NCBI RefSeq assembly: GCF_902459465.1
Contig: NC_047081.1
Location: 10,974,001-11,038,000, forward strand
Length of the DNA stretch: 64,000 nucleotides
Direction of reading: 5' to 3'
From: Asterias rubens
Lineage: Eukaryota
Below the pieces are notes generated by a model. The model did no database searches and was not told the DNA's origin. It saw only the letters and a program-made list of their open reading frames with translations. The first letter of the stretch is position 1. The number at the start of each line of letters is the position of its first letter. The position numbers and the translations under genes were made by a program. This document shows, in pieces, positions 56,101 through 64,000 of this stretch.

Positions 56101-58298
56101 GTTCATTAGAGATAACATCTTATAACAATAACAGTGGCTTCTTATATACAGCGCTCATGTCCATCACTCAGTGAGGCTCAAGACGCTTCAACATTCAGCA
56201 TTTTTAATGCAAGGTATTGTGTAGCTTGAGGTAATGAGAACAATTCCTCTGGTCTTGGTGCCCCTTCAAAAGTTTCCAATAGACTCTTAAGATTGTACAC
56301 TGGAAGCGCCTGTCAAAAATGCCCTCTCAAAGTTGAAATTCCAGGTGTGATATTTGTTTATTACGGTCTATAACAATTTTAAAAGTTCTAATCTTAATTG
56401 GCCCTTTATCCAAATATCTTTCTCATGAAGTAGGCTTATCCTGACTAGTCTATCAGTTTTCACCTACCACACCCATTTTACCTACTAAGAAGCACAACTA
56501 AGAAGAATTGTTTTTGGCATTAACTTACCAAACAAGTCAGTGCGACCGGGCCCACATATATGATTAACGAAAACGCCATGACCATAATGATGGAGAAACC
56601 GCCACGGATAAACCAATTCTGCCATCTGAAACGGGAATAACAAGAGTACTAAATAAAAATTTGAAGTATATTGTAGTACGTCACCATTTGGAGAACCGAA
56701 CAACACATGGGACTAAATTTAATAGCAATCTGTTGATACAACTGAGGAAACTTCCTAAGGAAAACATTTGTGTTAAACTGATGGGTAAGTATATTTTGAT
56801 ACTCAAGCTCAGAATTGCATTACCAGACTCGAAGTCAACATTTGAATATAATTGCTTTCTGTTAAAGAAACTGGAAACTATTGGTAATTGTCAAAGACCA
56901 GTCTTCTCACTTGGTGTGTCTCAACATTATGCATATAATAACAAACATGTGAAAATTTGAGCTGAAATCGATCGTAAAAGTTGCAAGATAATAATGAAAG
57001 AAAAAACACCCTTGTCACACGAAGTTATGTGCTTTCAGATGCTTGATTTTGAGACCTCAAATTCTAAATCTGAGGTCTCAAATTCAAATTCGTGGAAAAT
57101 TACTTTTCTCAAAACTATGTTACTTCAGAGGGAGCCGTTTCTCACAATGTTTATATTATCAACAGCTCTCCACATCTCGTTAAAAAGTCATGTTTTATGC
57201 TAATAATTATTTTGAGTAATTACCAATAGTGTCCACTGCCATACTGGTATTATTATTCAATTGAAAAACACAAAGATTGCCGGATTTGTTATTCTTTTTT
57301 GTTAGGTTATGAGTTTACTGGACCGAGGCTGAAATCACTGGCCTCGGTCCAGTGTCAATATCGAGCCTTGGGTTCTTCTTGTGGCAGGATTATTGTTCAG
57401 GGAGCGTGCGATCCTTACCGTGGGGATAATCCCTTAAGAATAGTCGGTACTGTATCTTTCTGCGGAGCGATGGGAGGATCTGCAATCTGTGGGTGACCAA
57501 TCTCTTCAGGTGGAGTGCATCCAGAGGCGGGTTTCTGAATAATAAAGTAAACGACAAGGGGGTGAGAAACTTCTCCACTTTCATGGTAGAGGACTCGATT
57601 GGAAAATGAGTCAGAACTAAATTTTACCTCATAATAATAATAACAAAGTCATAAATACTAGGATAAACAATAACATTCTTTTAAACAAATTAAATAGTTT
57701 GGTTTTAATGTTTTTGAGATGTTCTTGAGATGTTCTTTCAAACTCAAAGAATCTTTGGCAATTAGCATCTTTCTTCAAAATCTAAATTCAGCCTTTCTTT
57801 TAGTTACAATGTGATTTTGAATAAACCTCTAAAATTAAAGTAAGCATGAAATGGAGGAATGAAATATGAATGAGTGAATAAAAAAGTCCTTATTATTAGT
57901 TACTAATTAATATTATTAATATTATATATTATATATGACTATCTTATTTAATATTAAAATATTATATTAATATATATACTTCAAAAACATTTTTTTTTAT
58001 GCACCAGAAATATTGAACATTCACAATAGACCACATTATAATAATGCAATAATATTATTCTCCATGTCCATCATGTCATGTCTTTGATTTGCTTGGTGTG
58101 AAAGCTCTTCTTACTCTATTTGTTTATCATCCCACCCTGCGTACATACCTCTCCTGATTCTGCCACAGGCTTCTTCTCCTCCTCAGCAGCCGATGATTGC
58201 GGGTCTTTTTTCTCTTCGGCTACAACTGCCGTCTTATTTTCCCCCTCGTTTGCCGCTTTTTCTCCACCCAGGGGTTCCCGATGCCGTAGCTCACTCAT
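50196..58298 (-). CDS. CDS2: Phosphatidate cytidylyltransferase (CDP-diacylglycerol synthase), 13 exons, 471 aa
   Basis: Exons 58298-58149, 57534-57419, 56625-56529, 56036-55857, 55164-55104, 54722-54664, 54462-54324, 53512-53412, 53032-52985, 52430-52326, 52028-51894, 51108-51005 and 50316-50196 total 1416 nt. Motifs: [97 protein letters not shown]. Co-ortholog of CDS1/CDS2. Confidence 0.96.
53128..53269. mobile_element. 142-bp palindromic MITE inserted into a family G SINE
   Basis: Ends are (g/a)ggagactttc and gaaagtctcct, with long imperfect arms (gcagcagacttaccgggtaaat / atttacccggtatgtctgctgc). Removing it plus one AT restores the SINE sequence ctctagaattgcaaag. Confidence 0.75.
54140..54300 (+). 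mobile_element. tRNA-derived SINE (family G), best copy
   Basis: Pol III A-box-like TGGTCTGGTTGG (54153-54164) and B-box-like GGTTCAAATTCC (54197-54208), followed by a non-tRNA body shared with at least five other copies. Confidence 0.75.
56866..57240 (-). mobile_element. Kolobok/T2-type MITE (family A)
   Basis: Ends are ttaa|agaaactggaaactattggtaattg and aattaccaatagtgtccactgcc, with the family A interior. Confidence 0.82.
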
Positions 58299-59869
58299 TG
58301 TGGCTCAATTCCTAAACCCTAATAGAGGAACCTTTCGTCTCAAAAACGCTTTCTGCCGTACAAAAACAGCTATTTTAAGCGACGTTTCTTCGACACATCC
58401 ATCGGTCGTCGCAGGTCAACAAAAATTAATGAAAATAACGATATAGTTTCCAGACGTCATTAGAGTTTGTGTGGGTGTTTACTGTTATTTTTTGTCTGCA
58501 TAGATCTCCACTAATATTGAGCAGCCTTGTTCCTGCGGTCAACCCTGCACGTACATGATACAACGTATGGAGTCGATGTTTTCTTTTAAATGAAAGCGAG
58601 GTTGAATTATCGTCAGGGGGAGGAAACCTGACTAATTTTGCCACGATATAAGATTTCTGCAATGTGATTTGTTGATGTTTTTTAAGACCCATCTTCAGTA
58701 ATCTTGTCTGTTCAGTGGACTGGACCATTTCTTTTATTGTAAAATCGCACCATGCATGGCCGGCTGAGATGGGGAGATGGGGCGGGGTGCAATCGGTGCG
58801 CTAGGCTAGTGGATGATTGGGGCGATTGCATAATAATTAATTACAACAAAATAGTGGCCCGTAGAAAGTCGTTGTCACAAGTCCTCTATGATTGATTTAA
58901 TGGCCATTTTGGTCAGGATCAAGTGAAACAAAAAAATAAGAAGAAAAACCCACAAGGAGGAACAGTAAAATTGATAGGGAGAACAAAATGAACAACGAAT
59001 TAATGTTCAACCCCTATATATTTTACCCTGGTGACAAATGAGGGCAATGTAAAACAATTGCAGTCAGCAGAGACAAAAAATTAAAAAAAAAAAACACCCC
59101 TCCGGCCCTTCCGTTAACAGTTTCTTACAGTTATTTATAAACCCCTCTTGTCCTATTCTGAACTGCATTTGCGTTTTGTAAACTTGCATTCAACCATGGA
59201 GGAAAATACTTGTTTCTCTCATGAGACAACTTCTTGCAAAATATAATGAATATTCATTGTTTAATTTGCATAACATACATACTGCCTGGCGACTGCTTTT
59301 TCTCCTGGACTTTTTTCAAAGTGAATTTGTTTTAAACAATTGAAAGAAAAAAACATAAATGGAGAGTTCAACTGTTGTTTTAACATAAAAATGCTTCTTT
59401 TATTTTCTTCAAAAATTAAACAAGTTTACATTCACCTTTAAAAATATATTTTAACACCAAACAAAAATATGATCTTTACAAACCATTTATAACAAATTCG
59501 GGATTTCATAAAATCATGCAATTCTGTATAATTCCTAATAATGAGATGGCACACAGTGTGCAAAAACCAAGCCAAAACTCCCAAATGAATGTTGTTTGCT
59601 TATCAAATAGATGCAAATAAAAGCTTTCAGATTTTGTTTTAATTAGGCTCATACAAGTTAAAAGTTTGTCAACCTGTTTAAGACATCCCATCACGTTCTT
59701 ATCATGACTCAAAAATCCTCAGGAGATCAAAAGAAGCTCTTCAAGATAATTGGTAAGTTGTTGCCCAAAACCCCTGTCCTTCCATCCACTTCCATCTACT
59801 AAGTTAGAACTAGTCCTAACTCTTTGTGAAATCGACCCCAGGACTTAGCAAATGAGTTCCAGAAATTCT

Positions 59870-60172
59870 TTGTCACCAAGATTTCAGACATCCGCTCAAC
59901 ATTTTCATCAGTCCCTTAATAAACAGGTGACAGGTCTTTTTCTTCAGCCGTGCCACGCATCTGGAACTCTCTACCACTTAATCTTTGATCCTGTCTTTGT
60001 ACCACAAAATTCAAGTCTCTTCTCAAAACTTATCTTATGTCACAGGTTTTCAATGACTAATTTTGTTGTGTCTGTTTTTCTTTGTGTTGTGTTTTGTTTT
60101 TAGTTTTACTGCGCCTTGAACACCCAGCAGGGTGGATATGTGCGCATTACAAGTCTTATTATTATTATTTTT
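59870..60172 (+). mobile_element. 5'-truncated L2/CR1-group LINE 3' end
   Basis: From 59926 it reads GDRSFSSAVPRIWNSLPLNL*SCLCTTKFKSLLKTYLMSQVFND*, the typical L2/CR1 ORF2 C-terminus with one stop. A 3'UTR with stem-loop CACCC-agca-GGGTG and an (ATT)n tail follows. Confidence 0.8.
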
Positions 60173-60696
60173 ATGGCTGATGCCTCGGAGTTGTCAAAAA
60201 TAATAATTGTTGGCTTTTTAGGATGAGGCATGACTGTCATACTTGTCTACACTTTTATAGAAAAGCAAACTTATATACTTCAAATATTTCCAAAAGTTTT
60301 CTAATTCAAACTAATAAATACAAAATAAAAATATTAAAAGTTCCAGAAAAACTTTCCTTAAATTCTGAGTAAAGTAAAAAGTAGTACTGTTCAACATTAA
60401 TTAGAGGCTAAGTTGCAGGTTGTTAGTATCCTTTGTGTACAAAAGTGGTATGTCAATTTTCAATGGTAGATGAAATCAAATTATATAATTTACTTCTAAA
60501 GGTAAGCAAACATTTAAGCTTAAAATTAACCCAACATAGTACGTTTCAAAAAAGTCAGTACAAACTTACTTTTAAAATATAGAAAAAAGCTTATCTCTGC
60601 ACTTTTTAGATCCCTGTAATAAAGCACTATATAAAAATTTGTTATTTCTATTATTATGTGCTGACAACAAACCATAGGCGCATTGCCAACAAACTG

Positions 60697-61230
60697 TGCC
60701 CAAATTTCATAAAGTCTGTAAGCATAAAAACTTGTTAAGCACAAAAAGATCTTGCTAAACCAAAACTGGTTACCAGCCACAATTTCATAAAGTTTACATT
60801 GTTCAACTGGTGCCCCACTCATTTTTTGCTAAGCAAATAAATTTGCTGAGCAGTATTTTCTGCATAACAGTTTTTAAACTAGACCCAGGGGTATAATTTC
60901 ATAGAGATAGTCCTAACTTAGGGCTAGTCTTAGCAACCTTTTATAACAAACTGAAGGCTAGTCCTCAGCTATAACAAGTACCTGATAGTCCTAAATTGAG
61001 ATAAGACTATGTCTTAACTTTTTGTGAAATCCAACCCTGCGCACAATTTCATAAAGCTATTTAGCAGAAGATACTGCTTGACAAAATTCCTTGCTATGCA
61101 AAAAATTAGTGGGGCACTAGTCGCAACAGTGTTAACTTTATGGAATGTTGGCTGGTAACCTGTTTTCCTCAGCAAGCTTTCCCTTGGCTTAGCAGATTTT
61201 TGTGCTTACTGGCTTTATGAAATTGGGCCC
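60697..61230. mobile_element. Three abutting Harbinger-type MITEs
   Basis: Units at about 60697-60885, 60889-61037 (gggt..atttca..tgaaat..accc type, also at 37299-37407, 47935-48015, 59805-59839) and 61040-61230, separated by cag/ctg-like trinucleotides. Confidence 0.65.
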
Positions 61231-61280
61231 TGGTCCCTTGCTGCTTTCTCGGCGCTAGATTTACAATATCATGTGACAGG

Positions 61281-62855
61281 TCAGAGTTCCCTCTTTGACT
61301 TTATCCTGTCCGTTCTGTTGTCTATTTGACAAATGCACGCTTCCTTTTGTGTGTCTATGTATGTTTGGCACCCCAGCTCCAAGACGGCCATCACCATCAT
61401 CTGAACAGTCATCTGACAACCTTAGAGAAAGTAAACAAGTATAAAATAAAATTAAGTGGAAGTGTCGAGCCGTGCGGTTAAAGAGCACTGACTTCAAACT
61501 CTTGTGTTTCTGTCCAGCAGAGTGTGGGTTCAAGTCCCAGTCACTTGTGTCATTATTCCTTGTGCAAGACACTTCTTCATTGCTTCGTCCTTTGGATGGG
61601 ACGTAAAGCCGTTTGTCCTGTGTGTTGTGTAATGCATGCAAAGAAAATTCAAGGCCCCCGTCTTAAGTCTAGTATTTTACCTTCAAGCTCTTCACTGTTG
61701 AAATTCATTACTCCTTTCATGACATCACACACCCCATCAAGGCACTTGGCAAATTGATCCTCACACGTCAGCTTAGGCATGCCGCACTGTCCATAACATT
61801 TGTCGTGCTTATTGCAGCATTTTTCAACGCCGGGCAATGAAGACAGATCAAACTGTAGGGTGGGTGGGAACAATAACAACAATAATAAGAACACATAATC
61901 TTTGTGTAACTTTCTCAACACCCAAGCATCTTAAGATACATCTTGAAACTGTCTCAGTCCTCACAGGTACCTATGTTTACACGTTGATAAAGAGAACAAG
62001 CCTGCATGAAACTTCACAGAGGCAACGAGACGAGGGTGAGTACAAACTTACAATTTCCTCAAAGTCAAAGGGTATTTCCTCCCAAGACGTCTGGGGATAG
62101 AAATTTTACCTGTATTCCATAAGCACCACAGCCATTAACTTCAGGACTGTACCCAGGTCTCTTCATTGCTGTCCCACCTGTACAAAAAAAGTAAGGTTTT
62201 TTACGGTCTAGCTTCAGTTATTTAAATTATAGCCATGACATAACAAACATAGGCCTCGCTTAAGAGTTATAACATGTCAGGCTCAGCCAAGTCCTCTGAC
62301 ATTATAACTAATTAATAAGCAAGGCCTAAGTTGGCCGACCAAGGGCTCAAATTTTACCCTGTACAACCACACAAGTCTGAGGCCAGTGATTTTAGTGTCG
62401 GGCCTGTTCAACTCGATCGAGGCAGGACAAGTCATCTGGCGACCTCACCTTGGTTTTGGGTTTTTTTTTCTCGAGATGTTTAACGTTTTATCTTGTTTAA
62501 CTCAGAATCAGATGATATATTTCTCTCGGTAAAAATGAGTGAAAATGTGGTGGCAGGATACAGAAACTTTACCGGTATTTCAAATCCGTAAATACTCACC
62601 ATTTTTACAAGTAAAGATGCATTCGTCCACCTCCCCTCCGATGTCATTCTGTCCACTTACGATTTTGGCGGCTTTGGAAGCCGTTTTCAAACCCAATGCA
62701 ATATTGTCGGCAATGGTCGCAAAATCATTCATATACTCCCCGAAACGTTTGTCATTTGCAGCATGGTTGTTACTAGCTACTTTCAGTTGCTTTGTGAAAG
62801 AAAGATGTAGACAAACAATTGCTAACACTTCTAAGAACGTGTTTTTGAGGATCAT
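61281..62855 (-). CDS. PLA2G12A: Group XII secretory phospholipase A2, 4 exons, 211 aa
   Basis: Exons 62855-62600, 62177-62110, 61852-61681 and 61420-61281 total 636 nt. Signal-peptide-like N-terminus, ECIFTCKNG, Ca-loop NGCGAYG, catalytic CCNKHDKCY (His-Asp intact), LGC..Y...Q..AC.C and C-terminal KREL. Confidence 0.9.
61461..61645 (+). mobile_element. tRNA-derived SINE (family H)
   Basis: Degenerate A box, B box GGTTCAAGTCCC (61527-61538), then ccttgtgcaagacactt and cgtcctttggatgggacgtaaagccg. A reverse copy lies at 27255-27405. Confidence 0.7.
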
Positions 62856-63153
62856 GATGGTTGGAAAAAGTTTAGTTTACCAGCAGGAAACGGGTCGTGC
62901 AACAAAACGCAAGTTGATGCTGACCGACACACAACAAATCCAAATTTTAACAGTGAACAGGAAGGGCGCCCTCTACCGAACTGAATCCTAACATTGAACT
63001 AATTATGCCCTCTCCAAAAGGATTATTTCAAAAGAGGAAAGAAAGCCCGAATTCCATATATAAATTAATATAACGCCCCTCCAAGAGGGATAACCCAACT
63101 TGTGTGGCCATGGCCAAGGCTAGGGAATCTCTTGCCTTGGCCACACCAAAGTG

Positions 63154-63902
63154 GGAAGGCACTTAATACTAAACTCCACAGCGGTTCGCCCCATCGGAGA
63201 ATACCCGAGCGAGAATGACCTTATGACGTCATTTTGCATATGCTTGCATCTTTTAGACATGAAAATATTAACAACCAGGTCCTAGTGGTTAGTCCACTCT
63301 TATGTAACAACTCCCCAAACCTGCTGCTACAAAATTAATGTACTTTAATATAGAGGTATGAAGCAGTACTGATCTTTTAGACATGAACATATTAACAACC
63401 AGGTCCTAGTGGTTAGTCCACTCTTATGTAACAACTCCCCAAACCTGCTGCTACAAATGTACTTGAATAAAGATGTCTGAAGCAGTGCTTGCATCTTTCA
63501 TAAACAACCAGGTCCCAGTGGTTAGTCCACTCTTATGTAACAACTCCCCAAACCTGCTGCTACAAATGTACTTGAATAAAGAGGTCTGAAGCAGTACTTG
63601 CATCTTTTAGACATGAAATCATTAACAACCAGGTCCTAAGTGGTTAGTCCACTCCTATGTAACAACTCCCCAAACCTAGCCTGCTGCTACAAAATATGTA
63701 CTTGAATAAAGAGGTCTGAAGCAGTACTTGCATCTTTTAGACATGAAATCATTAACAGAACAAGGTCCTAGTGGTTAGTCCACTCTTATGTAACAACTCC
63801 CCAAACCTGCTGCGTGGGGGATCGTCGCGAACCGTGCCGGAATATTCCGAGAGCACACGAAAAGTTCCGAACCGCTGTAGAGGTTAGTTTTTAGTGCCTT
63901 CC
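63154..63902. mobile_element. TIR-bounded element enclosing a tandem array
   Basis: 35-bp inverted repeats at 63154-63188 and 63868-63902 (31/35 identical). Confidence 0.7.
63243..63812. repeat. Tandem array, about 5 units of 109-130 bp
   Basis: The anchor aacaaccaggtcc (degenerate in the last unit) recurs at about 63270, 63394, 63503, 63624 and 63754. Each unit contains gtggttagtccactcttatgtaacaactccccaaacctgctgc. Confidence 0.95.
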
Positions 63903-64000
63903 ACAGCCACAAATAAGAGGGAAAGAGAGTCCGAATTCCATATGGCCCTTTTCGAAACCACGGCTTCGGCTTCAGTATCGGCTCAGGCAAGCTTGGCATC

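Noticed and set aside
62539-62991. 150-aa plus-strand ORF
   Set aside because: It is the antisense of PLA2G12 exon 1 plus a MITE fragment, and begins at GTG.
63243-63812. CRISPR-like repeat array
   Set aside because: The units are whole tandem copies with no unique spacers, the context is eukaryotic, and there are no cas genes.

Overview
Eukaryotic, intron-rich, AT-rich animal DNA. It is probably an invertebrate deuterostome such as a sea star, but the taxon is my inference from gene structure and repeat style. I reconstructed seven spliced protein-coding genes by hand, all with GT-AG introns and consistent phases: 3' part of HGSNAT (+), KAT8/MOF (+), CYP4V-like P450 (-), RBM22 (+), an hnRNP H/F-family gene (-), CDP-diacylglycerol synthase CDS1/2 (-) and group XII secreted PLA2 (-). 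Introns and UTRs are full of short repeats: TTAA-flanked Kolobok/T2-type MITEs, CWG-flanked Harbinger-type MITEs, an 8-bp-TSD GG-terminated MITE, tRNA-derived SINEs, an L2-type LINE tail, a 1.48-kb non-autonomous hAT-like insertion and Penelope-type repeats carrying minimal hammerhead ribozyme motifs. Best leads: (1) a G-run-flanked, frameshifting 139-nt exon in the hnRNP H/F gene that mirrors the human HNRNPH1 autoregulatory exon, with a candidate poison microexon and a UGUC(A/C) cluster in the neighbouring introns; (2) a candidate unannotated small gene interleaved antisense within KAT8; (3) hammerhead ribozyme copies; (4) a ~120-bp tandem array enclosed by terminal inverted repeats. No database searches were run, so superfamily assignments and all functional claims need checking. 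No CRISPR, rRNA or genuine tRNA genes were found.
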